A stretch of DNA of 64,000 nt from Myxococcota bacterium (lineage in GTDB: Bacteria; Myxococcota_A; UBA9160; UBA6930), in assembly GCA_965223415.1 (NCBI GenBank), contig OZ245002.1:2880001-2944000 (forward strand), read 5' to 3'. A model generated the notes under the pieces. The model worked only from the letters and a program-made list of their open reading frames with translations. It was not told where the DNA came from and searched no databases. Both the position numbers and the translations under genes were made by a program. This document shows, in pieces, positions 56,738 through 64,000 of the stretch. Numbering within the stretch: position 1 is the stretch's first letter; every line of letters starts with the position of its first letter.

Positions 56738-57706
56738 GTGCTCTCGCTGCGCGGACGTCACCTCCTCGCCGTACTCCTCCTCGCCTGCACGGCCCCGCCC
56801 CAGCCGATCCCGCCCGGGCCGATCGACGTCCAGGGCCACCGGGGCGCCCGCGGCCTGCTGCCGGAGAACACGCTGCCCGCCTTCGAGCATGCTCTGGAGC
56901 TGGGCGTCACCACCCTGGAGCTCGACCTGGGAAGGACCCGCGACGGCACCCTCGTCGTGACGCACGATCCGCGGATCGAGCCCGGTGTGTGCCTCGGCCC
57001 CCAGGGCACACCGGTCGCCGAGCCGGGGCCCCGCATCCATGAGCTCACCCTGGCCGAGGTCCAGGCCTTCGACTGCGGGAGCCTGAACCCGGACCCGGCC
57101 CGCTTTCCCGAGCCACCGCGCCGCGCCGTGCCCGGGGCGCGCATCCCCACCCTGGGCGAGGTGCTCGACCTGGCCGCTCGCCGCGGCGACGATGGGGTTC
57201 GCTTCAACGTCGAGGTGAAGGTGGTGCCGGGCAGCGAGGACACGCCGGCCCTGGAGCCTTTCGTCGCGGAGGTCATCCGGGTGCTGGAGCGCCACGACGT
57301 GGTGGCGCGAGCGACGCTCCAATCCTTCGATTGGCGCGCCCTCGCCGTGGCCAAGCGCCTCGAGCCCAGGCTGCGCACCGTCGCCCTGCTGGCCCGCGAC
57401 ACCCTGGACGCGCGCTGGCTCGCGGGCCTCGAGCCCGAACGACACGACGGCGTGCCGGGCCTGCTCCGCGCCGCCCGCTCCTTCGTCGACGACTTCTCGC
57501 CGAGCTGGCGGCTGCTCCTGCCGCGCCTCGGGCGCGGCCTCGACGTCGCCGCCCTCCAGCGGGAAGGCTTCCAGGTGATCCCCTGGACCGTGAACGACCG
57601 CGCCACCATGGAGCGGCTCCTGGCCCTGGGCGTCGACGGCATCATCACCGACTACCCGGATCGGCTGCTCGCGCTCCTGCGGGATCACGGGATCGCCGCC
57701 CGCTAG
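56738..57706 (+). CDS. Glycerophosphodiester phosphodiesterase (lipoprotein)
   Basis: LLAC, QGHRGARGLLPENT, LELD, VTHD, QSFDW, PWTVN, GIITDYPD. Confidence 0.95.
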   Translation: MLSLRGRHLLAVLLLACTAPPQPIPPGPIDVQGHRGARGLLPENTLPAFEHALELGVTTLELDLGRTRDGTLVVTHDPRIEPGVCLGPQGTPVAEPGPRIHELTLAEVQAFDCGSLNPDPARFPEPPRRAVPGARIPTLGEVLDLAARRGDDGVRFNVEVKVVPGSEDTPALEPFVAEVIRVLERHDVVARATLQSFDWRALAVAKRLEPRLRTVALLARDTLDARWLAGLEPERHDGVPGLLRAARSFVDDFSPSWRLLLPRLGRGLDVAALQREGFQVIPWTVNDRATMERLLALGVDGIITDYPDRLLALLRDHGIAAR

Positions 57707-57715
57707 GCTCGCGCG

Positions 57716-58177
57716 ATGACACGAGCCCACCTCCTCTCCGCCGCCTTCGCTCTCCTGGTCGCCCTCTCCGCCGGACCCGCCCGGGCCGAGGCGCCGACCA
57801 TCAAGGTCTACAAGTCCCCGACCTGCGGCTGCTGCAACGACTGGATCGACCACCTGAAGGCGAACGGCTTCCGGGTGGAGGCCGAGAACCGGAGCGACAT
57901 GCAGACGGTCAAGGCGAGCAATGGGATCCCGAGCAAGCTCAGCTCCTGCCACACGGGCTTCGTCGGCGGCTACTTCGTCGAGGGTCACGTGCCCGCCGCC
58001 CAGATCCAGCGGCTGCTGCGGGAGAAGCCCGAGCTGGCCGGCCTCTCGGTGCCGGAGATGCCGATCGGCTCGCCGGGCATGGAAGGGCCGAACCCGGAGC
58101 CCTACGACGTGCTCGCCATCGGCAGCGACGGGACCGCCCGCGTGTGGTCCTCCCACGGGCCCGGGCACGAGCACTGA
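57716..58177 (+). CDS. DUF411 (CopG-like) periplasmic metal-binding protein
   Basis: YKSPTCGCC, SCHT, VEGHVP, MPIGSPGME. Confidence 0.93.
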   Translation: MTRAHLLSAAFALLVALSAGPARAEAPTIKVYKSPTCGCCNDWIDHLKANGFRVEAENRSDMQTVKASNGIPSKLSSCHTGFVGGYFVEGHVPAAQIQRLLREKPELAGLSVPEMPIGSPGMEGPNPEPYDVLAIGSDGTARVWSSHGPGHEH

Positions 58178-58224
58178 CCGACGAGCTACCCTCCCGAGGA
58201 CGCGAGAAGACGGGAGGGCAGGTG

Positions 58225-59073
58225 ATGACGGACTTCCGCACCCCGACGACGCTCGGGACCACCGGCCTCCAGGTGGGCCGGCTCGGCATCGGATCGAGCT
58301 TCGGCGCGCCGACGAACGTGATCGAGGACGCCGTCGAGCGCGGTGCCAACTACCTCTACTGGGGCTCGATCCGCCGCCCGGCCTTCGGCCGCGCCATGCG
58401 CAACGTGGCGAAACGAAATCGCGACGGCGTCGTGCTCACGATCCAGTCCTACTCCCGGGTGCCCGCCCTGACGGGGCCCTCCGTCGAGCTCTCCCTGCGC
58501 CGGATCGGCGTCGACTACTTCGACTTCCTGCTCCTCGGCATGTGGAACAAGCGGCCGAGCGACGGGCTGATCGAGACGGCGCTGCGCCTGAAGGAGCAGG
58601 GCAAGGTGCGTCACCTGATGATGAGCACCCACAATCGCCCGTTCCTGCCCTCGATGTTCGAGGAGTACGAGAAGGGCGAGAGCCCTTTCGACGTGTTCAT
58701 GTTCCGCTACAACGCGGTGCACCGCGGGGCCGAGCGCGATGTCTTCCCCTTCGTCCCGGGATCGCCGAAGCCCGGCATCATCACCTACACCACGACGCGG
58801 TGGGGTCACCTGCTCGACCCGAAGAAGATGCCCCCCGGCGAGGCGCCGCCGCCAGCCAGCGATTGCTACCGCTTCGCCCTCTCCCACGACGCCGTCGACG
58901 TCGCCCTGTGCGGCCCCGCCGACGAATCCCAGATGGAGGAGGCCCTGCGCGCCCTCGAGCGCGGCCCGCTCCGGCCCGAGGAGATGGAGCGGATGCAGCG
59001 CATCGGCGATTTCATCTACGGACACCACAAGGCACAGTTCGGCGACAAGGGCGACGAGCGCCCCGCGGCCTAG
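58225..59073 (+). CDS. Aldo/keto reductase family protein
   Basis: TLGTTGLQVGRLG, SLRRIGVDYFD, LKEQGKVR, RYNAVHRG. Confidence 0.88.
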   Translation: MTDFRTPTTLGTTGLQVGRLGIGSSFGAPTNVIEDAVERGANYLYWGSIRRPAFGRAMRNVAKRNRDGVVLTIQSYSRVPALTGPSVELSLRRIGVDYFDFLLLGMWNKRPSDGLIETALRLKEQGKVRHLMMSTHNRPFLPSMFEEYEKGESPFDVFMFRYNAVHRGAERDVFPFVPGSPKPGIITYTTTRWGHLLDPKKMPPGEAPPPASDCYRFALSHDAVDVALCGPADESQMEEALRALERGPLRPEEMERMQRIGDFIYGHHKAQFGDKGDERPAA

Positions 59074-59762
59074 TCGAGGGCTTCCCGCCCGCCCAGGGCC
59101 AGGTGCACGGCGGCGAAGACGCGGGGCGAGAGCAGCACGTCCATGTGGCCCAGGTCGTCGAAGACCACGCGCTCGCCGAAGGGCGCTTCCCCGGCGACCC
59201 TGGGCACGACGAGCAGGTCCTGTCCCGCGACGACCGAGAGGAGCTCGACGCTCGGAGGCACCGGCAGCCGGTTCAACCGGCCGATGAACTCGCCCTCGGG
59301 ATCGAACTGGGCCAGCAGGGAGGTCGGCGCGTTCGCCGCAATCCAGGTGCCCTGATGGGGCGTGGCGAGGGTGACGATCCGCGCCACCCGCGCGTGGCCG
59401 CCGAGCGCCTGCACGTACCAGCGCGCGGCGAGCCCCCCCATCGAGTGGGCGACGATCGTGACGGGCCCCTCCGGAGCGGCGCGCTCGACGAAGCGTCCGA
59501 CCTGCTCCCCCATGGCCTCGATCGAATCGGGCACGCCGAAGTTGCGCGAGCGTTGGGCCGCATAGCCCATCAGACGCAGGTAGCCCTGGAGGGGGAAGAA
59601 GCTGGCGCGGTTCATCGCCAGACCGTGCACGAACACCAGGGTGTGTCGCTCGCCGACACCGCGCTGGACGGGGCGCGGCCGCAGGTAGCCGAAGCCGTAG
59701 AGGGCACCCTGGGCGGCCCAGGCGAGAAGCTCCCGGCCGGGGCGCTCCCGGAGGACGCTCAC
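59070..59762 (-). CDS. Lipase/esterase (alpha/beta hydrolase, lipase-2-like)
   Basis: FVHGL, VAHSMGG, TLATPHQGT, DLLVVP, GHMDVL. Start uncertain (59762 or 59813). Confidence 0.88.
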   Translation of the reverse strand: MSVLRERPGRELLAWAAQGALYGFGYLRPRPVQRGVGERHTLVFVHGLAMNRASFFPLQGYLRLMGYAAQRSRNFGVPDSIEAMGEQVGRFVERAAPEGPVTIVAHSMGGLAARWYVQALGGHARVARIVTLATPHQGTWIAANAPTSLLAQFDPEGEFIGRLNRLPVPPSVELLSVVAGQDLLVVPRVAGEAPFGERVVFDDLGHMDVLLSPRVFAAVHLALGGREALD

Positions 59763-59772
59763 GGCTCCGACT

Positions 59773-60294
59773 TCACGAGCCGCTGGGCTCGGAGCCGCCG
59801 CGCTCGGAGTCACCGGACTCGAAGCTGCGGGGCAGGCACGCGGGGGCGACGATCAGCGGCGGCCCGCCGCCGTCGCGGATCCCCAGGTAGGCCTGCTCGC
59901 CGGCCCCGAGCTCGCGGCCCGAGAGGGCGCAGACGGTGGCCTGGGCCAGGATCAGGGGCTGGAAGCCGATGACGCCCGCGAGCGGCGGGCCGGCCGAGGG
60001 AGAGGCCCGCTCGGGAAGGGCGGGCCTGGGCAGGGGGGAATCGGCGGGGCGGGCTCGCTCACCGAGCCGGTCGGCGAGGCCCTGGAGCTCGCCCTCGGCC
60101 CGGTCGCTCACGGCGGCCACCGCGTCGACGGCGTCCTCCAGGACGGTCCGCACGACGTTCGAGACCGGCACCCGCATGCTCTCGGCCAGCCGCTTCAGCT
60201 CCTCGGCCAGAACCTCCGGAACCCGGGTGTGGAGCACCTTCTCCTTGCGGGCGCTGCCTCGCTCCGGGTCCCGGCGTCCCGCGTCGTCGGCCAT
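59773..60294 (-). CDS. Putative ribbon-helix-helix DNA-binding protein with C-terminal extension
   Basis: KVLHTRVPEVLAEELKRLAESMRVPVSNVVRTVLE fits the RHH strand-helix-helix pattern. Confidence 0.7.
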   Translation of the reverse strand: MADDAGRRDPERGSARKEKVLHTRVPEVLAEELKRLAESMRVPVSNVVRTVLEDAVDAVAAVSDRAEGELQGLADRLGERARPADSPLPRPALPERASPSAGPPLAGVIGFQPLILAQATVCALSGRELGAGEQAYLGIRDGGGPPLIVAPACLPRSFESGDSERGGSEPSGS

Positions 60295-60323
60295 GAGGAA
60301 CCGTGTAGCACGTCGTGACACGA

Positions 60324-60515
60324 CTAGTCGCGCTCGACTTCGTCCTCGATGTCCTCGGCCAGGCGCGAGAGGGCGTCGGCGGTGGCCTGGAGGCCGTCGG
60401 CGGTCACGCTCATGGCGGTCTGTCCGAGCCTGGCGCCGGCCTGGATCCAGGCCGTGGCCACGTCCATCACGCCGTCCACCACCGGGTCGAGGGGTCGCGG
60501 GGTCTGATCGCTCAT
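60324..60515 (-). CDS. Small amphipathic helical protein (63 aa)
   Basis: AGGAG SD upstream. MSDQTPRPLDPVVDGVMDVATAWIQAGARLGQTAMSVTADGLQATADALSRLAEDIEDEVERD. Confidence 0.7.
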   Translation of the reverse strand: MSDQTPRPLDPVVDGVMDVATAWIQAGARLGQTAMSVTADGLQATADALSRLAEDIEDEVERD

Positions 60516-60538
60516 CGGGAGTCTCCTGTGTCGGGAAC

Positions 60539-60574
60539 GTGATACGTTTGTATCACAACGTACTACGACGTCAA
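60539..60574 (-). promoter_or_regulatory. Sigma70-like promoter overlapped by a palindromic operator
   Basis: Minus strand TTGACG-N16-TACAAA, overlapped by GTGATAC-gttt-GTATCAC and a third GTACTAC unit. Confidence 0.6.
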
Positions 60575-60618
60575 GGGTACCCGGAACGGCGAGCAAGTGG
60601 CGATGGCGACGGCCGCCA

Positions 60619-60999
60619 TCAGGGCGAGCTGGGGCGGAGCCGAAGCCCGCCCAGAGCGCGGGCGAGGCACAGGCCGGCCACCGAGCCGATGGTGATCGCG
60701 GCGAGCACCCAGGCCAGCCCCACCGCCCAGCGCCCGCCGGGCCGGAACACGGCCAGCGAAGCCCAGCATCGCGAGCCTGCCGCCGCCGAGCCGGATACGG
60801 CCGACCACGCTGAAGCGGATGGTGAGGGCCGTCTCCACCTCGAGGCCGATCGGCGTGGGAATGGGCATGGTGAGGGTGCCGAGCCCGCCGGCGCCGAGCA
60901 GCGCGAGGCCGAGCCAGCGTTCCGTGGCCCCCGGCCGGGCCACGAGCCGCTTGCCCAGGAAGTCGCGGGCACGTAGAGCAGGTGGCAGACGGCGCCCAT
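60619..60999 (-). pseudogene. Frameshifted remnant of a membrane-protein gene
   Basis: Hydrophobic segments switch frames: ERWLGLALLGAGGLG in one frame, LAVFRPGGRWAVGLAWVLAA in another. Confidence 0.4.
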
Positions 61000-61054
61000 C
61001 GCTCCCACCTCCGACCGGGTCGGCCTGCGATGGGTCTCGGTTGCGTCGACCGGC

Positions 61055-61195
61055 TCAGGGAAGCGGGCGGAGCTCGGACGTGACGGTGCTGTAGACGGGA
61101 GCGTCGTCGCCGAGCGAGGGCGGGCCGATGGCCGCGAGGGTTCCCAGTACCAGAAAGACGACGACGAACAGAAGCGCGACCATGTGCTCGTTCAT
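61055..61195 (-). CDS. Small single-TM protein (46 aa), absent from the ORF track
   Basis: AGGAGA SD 6 nt before ATG. MNEHMVALLFVVVFLVLGTLAAIGPPSLGDDAPVYSTVTSELRPLP*. Confidence 0.65.
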   Translation of the reverse strand: MNEHMVALLFVVVFLVLGTLAAIGPPSLGDDAPVYSTVTSELRPLP

Positions 61196-61248
61196 GTCGA
61201 ATCTCCTAGGGGGCAACCCCAATCTACGTCAGGCGCTTCCCCCACTCC

Positions 61249-61264
61249 TGTGAAGTGCTTCACC
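61249..61264. promoter_or_regulatory. CRP/FNR-family binding site
   Basis: TGTGA-AGTGCT-TCACC, 22 nt from a TAGATT -10 box on the minus strand. Confidence 0.6.
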
Positions 61265-61332
61265 CACGTCGGCGGAACGACGGACGGCCCGGGGAGCGTG
61301 TAGACTCGCCCGGGGGAAGGCAGGGAGAGGGC

Positions 61333-62475
61333 GTGGACCTTCGCACCAAGCTCGTGTTCGCCCTGGTCGCGGTCTCCCTGGCCAGCCTGCTGGCGCTGGG
61401 TGCGGTCGCCTACAGCGTGGTGGCGGGCCTGCTGCAGGACGCTGCCGTCCGCCAGCTGGAAGCGGTGGCAGCCAGCAAGGAGCTCGATCTCCGCAACGTG
61501 GCCCAGGCCTGGCGGGACCGGGTGCGCCTCATCACGAGCCGCACCCAGCTGCGGGAGAGCATGCGGCGGCAGGCGAGCGGCGGCCCGGACCAACGCGCCC
61601 GGATCGCCCGCATCGTCGAGGACGCCCTCGACGCAGCGCCGACCCTTCGCGGGATCGCCCTGTTCACGTCGGACGGAAGCCCGGTGGTGATCCGTGGCGA
61701 TGTCGGCGGCGCGGCGCCGTCCGCCCCCACCGAGCGCGTCGGCGAGCCGCCCTGGGTCGAGACCGACGTCACGACGAGCGCCGACGGCCGCCTCGTCGTC
61801 ACCTTCCTCGGGCCCCTCGAGCTGGAGGGCACGTCCGTGGGCGTGGCGCGCGTCGCGCTCGATGCCGCCGCCCTCGCCGACGTCGTGTCCGACGCCACCG
61901 GCCTGGGCGAGACGGGCGAGACCCTCGTGGCGAGGGCCGCACCGGAAGGTGGTGCCTCGCTCGTCGCGCCCCGCCGGCACGCGAGCGCGCCGGCGGCCGG
62001 CTCCTGGAAGCCTACGAACCCGGATGCCGACCCGGTGCTGGCCGCGATCGATCGCCGGGAGGCGACGCTCCTCCACGCCGTCGACGATCGCAGCGAGCAG
62101 GTGTGGGCGGCCACGCGTTTCGTCGAGGAGATGGGTTGGGGACTCGTCGTCAAGCTGGACGCTTCCCAGGCGACCGCCCCGGCCCGGGCCCTGCGCGAGA
62201 CGATGGTCCGCATGGCCCTGTCTCTCTCCGCCCTGGCGATCGTGGTCGGCATCCTGCTCGGCATCGCGTTGGCCAGGCCGATCAGCGCGCTGGCCGACGT
62301 CGCCCGGCGCATCGAGGACGGCGACCTGGAGGCGCGGGCCGACGCGCGGGGTGAGGACGAGGTGGCGCGGCTCGCCGGCGCGTTCAACGAGATGACCGAA
62401 CGCTTGATCGCCGCGAACCGGACCCTCGAGCGGCGCGTGCGCCAGGCGGAGAACGGAGAGCACCCCGGGCCATGA
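61333..62475 (+). CDS. TM-Cache-like-TM-HAMP sensor protein with no output domain
   Basis: Two TMs, GLGETGETLV, WGLVVKLD, HAMP RPISALADVARRIEDGDL...DEVARLAGAFNEM. Stops soon after the HAMP. Confidence 0.85.
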   Translation: MDLRTKLVFALVAVSLASLLALGAVAYSVVAGLLQDAAVRQLEAVAASKELDLRNVAQAWRDRVRLITSRTQLRESMRRQASGGPDQRARIARIVEDALDAAPTLRGIALFTSDGSPVVIRGDVGGAAPSAPTERVGEPPWVETDVTTSADGRLVVTFLGPLELEGTSVGVARVALDAAALADVVSDATGLGETGETLVARAAPEGGASLVAPRRHASAPAAGSWKPTNPDADPVLAAIDRREATLLHAVDDRSEQVWAATRFVEEMGWGLVVKLDASQATAPARALRETMVRMALSLSALAIVVGILLGIALARPISALADVARRIEDGDLEARADARGEDEVARLAGAFNEMTERLIAANRTLERRVRQAENGEHPGP

Positions 62476-63440
62476 TCGACGCGATCGAGCTACTCGGCGG
62501 GCTCGTCTACCTGCTGGTCGCGGGGGACTTCCTCGTGCGCGGCGCCCTCGCCCTGGCGCGGCGCGCCGACGTGTCGCCCCTGGCCGTCGGCCTGACCGTC
62601 GTCGCCTTCGGAACGAGCGCTCCAGAGCTGGTCGTGTCGGTGCAGGCGGTGCTCGTGGGGCACCCGGGCATCTCGATCGGCAACGTCGTGGGCAGCAACA
62701 CCGCCAACGTGCTGCTGGTGGTCGGTCTGCCCGCGATGCTCCGGCCGACCCTGCAGGACGGCGTGTCCTCTCGCGCAGAGCTGGTCCTGATGCTCCTCGT
62801 CAGCCTGGCCTTCGCCCTCGTGTGCGGCGCCGGCCCGCTGCTGCGCAGCCACGGCCTGATCCTCCTGGTGGGCCTCGCCCTCTACGTCGTGCGCGCCTGG
62901 CGCCAAGGCCGCGCGGAGGGCCAGGCTCCGGGCGAAACCGACGAGCTCGAGCGGCCGCTCGGTCTCCCCGAACGGCGACGGATGATCGTCGCGTTCCTCT
63001 TGTTCGGCGCGATCGGCCTCCCGATCGGGGCCGAGCTGGCGGTCCACGGCGCCGTCGGGCTGGCGGAGCGCTTCGGCGTGAGCGAAGCCGTCATCGGCCT
63101 GACGATCATCGCCCTCGGCACCTCGCTTCCCGAGCTGGCCACGACCCTGATCGCCGCCGTCCAGCGCCAGAGCGAGATCGGCATCGGCAACGTCGTAGGC
63201 AGCAACCTGTTCAACATCCTCGCGATCATGGGTGCCACGGCAACCGTCGCACCGATGCCCCTCGTGGTGCCCGCCTCCTTCCCGACTTTCGAGCTGCCGG
63301 TGATGGTCGGGTCCGCCGCGATGTTGGTGTGGCTGGCCGGCCTGCGGGGGCGGATCGGCCGCGGCAGCGGCAGCACGTTGGTCGCCTGCTACGTGGCCTA
63401 TCTGGTGCTCCTGCTGAGCGGGATCGCCGGTGCCGGCTGA
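62472..63440 (+). CDS. Calcium/sodium antiporter (YrbG/CaCA family)
   Basis: Alpha repeats GTSAPE and GTSLPE, GNVVGSN twice. Confidence 0.95.
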   Translation: MIDAIELLGGLVYLLVAGDFLVRGALALARRADVSPLAVGLTVVAFGTSAPELVVSVQAVLVGHPGISIGNVVGSNTANVLLVVGLPAMLRPTLQDGVSSRAELVLMLLVSLAFALVCGAGPLLRSHGLILLVGLALYVVRAWRQGRAEGQAPGETDELERPLGLPERRRMIVAFLLFGAIGLPIGAELAVHGAVGLAERFGVSEAVIGLTIIALGTSLPELATTLIAAVQRQSEIGIGNVVGSNLFNILAIMGATATVAPMPLVVPASFPTFELPVMVGSAAMLVWLAGLRGRIGRGSGSTLVACYVAYLVLLLSGIAGAG

Positions 63441-63443
63441 GCC

Positions 63444-63956
63444 TCAGTAGCCGGGAAGGGTCGAGCCGTCGTCTTCGGGGCGGTAGAGCCTTCGGATGTC
63501 GCTCTTCTGCCGATCCTGCCGCTTGCCGCCCCACCACAGCTCCGCTTCGAGCCAGAGCGCACCGGTCGGAGGCGAGCTCAGCCGACGCTTCGCGTAGAGC
63601 GGGAACTTCACCTTCACGATGTCGTCCGGCGGCGGCGCCGTGTTGGCGACGGTGGCCGGGTTGGGGCGATTCCCGGAGCCGAACTCGGCACCGTGGATGA
63701 CGTCGTTGGCGGCGATGTAGGTCCAGTCGAACTCGGTGTCGTTCTGGAGGGCATCCGATCGGAACACCACACGGACGTTGGTCGGATCGATGCCGGCCGG
63801 AGCCTCGTCGAACTGGAGCCGGAGCCAGCACTCGAGCTCGCCGGTCATGATGCCGCCGCCGGGCGTCATCTCGTCGATCCGTGCCTCGCGGCAGGCGAGA
63901 AGGCACACGACCAGAGTGAGGTTCGCGAGGAGCCGATACGAGTGGCCCGACTTCAT
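63444..63956 (-). CDS. Hypothetical lipoprotein
   Basis: GGAGG SD, lipobox LLAC. Confidence 0.75.
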   Translation of the reverse strand: MKSGHSYRLLANLTLVVCLLACREARIDEMTPGGGIMTGELECWLRLQFDEAPAGIDPTNVRVVFRSDALQNDTEFDWTYIAANDVIHGAEFGSGNRPNPATVANTAPPPDDIVKVKFPLYAKRRLSSPPTGALWLEAELWWGGKRQDRQKSDIRRLYRPEDDGSTLPGY

Positions 63957-64000
63957 GGTGCACCTCCGAAAGGCGGCTCGGAAGCTGGATCGTCCGAGCC

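Noticed and set aside
54857..58174. 1105-aa ORF as one giant protein
   Set aside because: Only 54857-56209 is credible (lipobox start). The upstream part is antisense to GDPD and DUF411.
59773..60515. Type II toxin-antitoxin pair
   Set aside because: An RHH protein is present, but neither neighbour resembles a known toxin fold (RelE, PIN, MazF, HicA, GNAT).
1..64000. tRNA/rRNA genes, prophage, anti-phage defence or secondary-metabolite cluster
   Set aside because: No cloverleaf or rRNA signatures, and no phage, nuclease, RT, PKS or NRPS motifs were recognised.

Overview
High-GC (roughly 70% by eye), gene-dense bacterial chromosome segment with about 65 CDSs. The gene content suggests a Myxococcota-like organism, but this is inference only. 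It holds housekeeping and metabolic genes (thiI, sppA, RluA-family synthase, Leptospira-type citramalate synthase, glcDEF, tesA-ybbA-ybbP), an ECF sigma/anti-sigma/DUF3106 cassette, many redox and lipid-catabolism enzymes, and several ion transporters. One intact IS630 is inserted exactly at a TAG/ATG gene junction. No rRNA, tRNA, CRISPR array, prophage or defence system was recognised. Signals not explained by the gene list: (1) at least 11 genes with a TANNNT -10 box 6-8 nt before the start codon (leaderless architecture), plus symmetric bidirectional -10 boxes sharing one TA; (2) two near-identical CRP-type sites in class II position, one in front of a 46-aa membrane protein missing from the ORF track; (3) long REP/REPIN-like palindromes between convergent genes; (4) a small amphipathic protein-RHH regulator-lipase module with repeated GTnnnAC operators; (5) a Cys-less thiolase fused to a DUF35-like OB fold; (6) an orphan NarL regulator with Glu at the phospho-Asp site; (7) an output-less Cache/HAMP sensor coupled to a Ca/Na antiporter. 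Family assignments come from motif recognition, not database searches. Many starts were trimmed from the ORF track by inspection.
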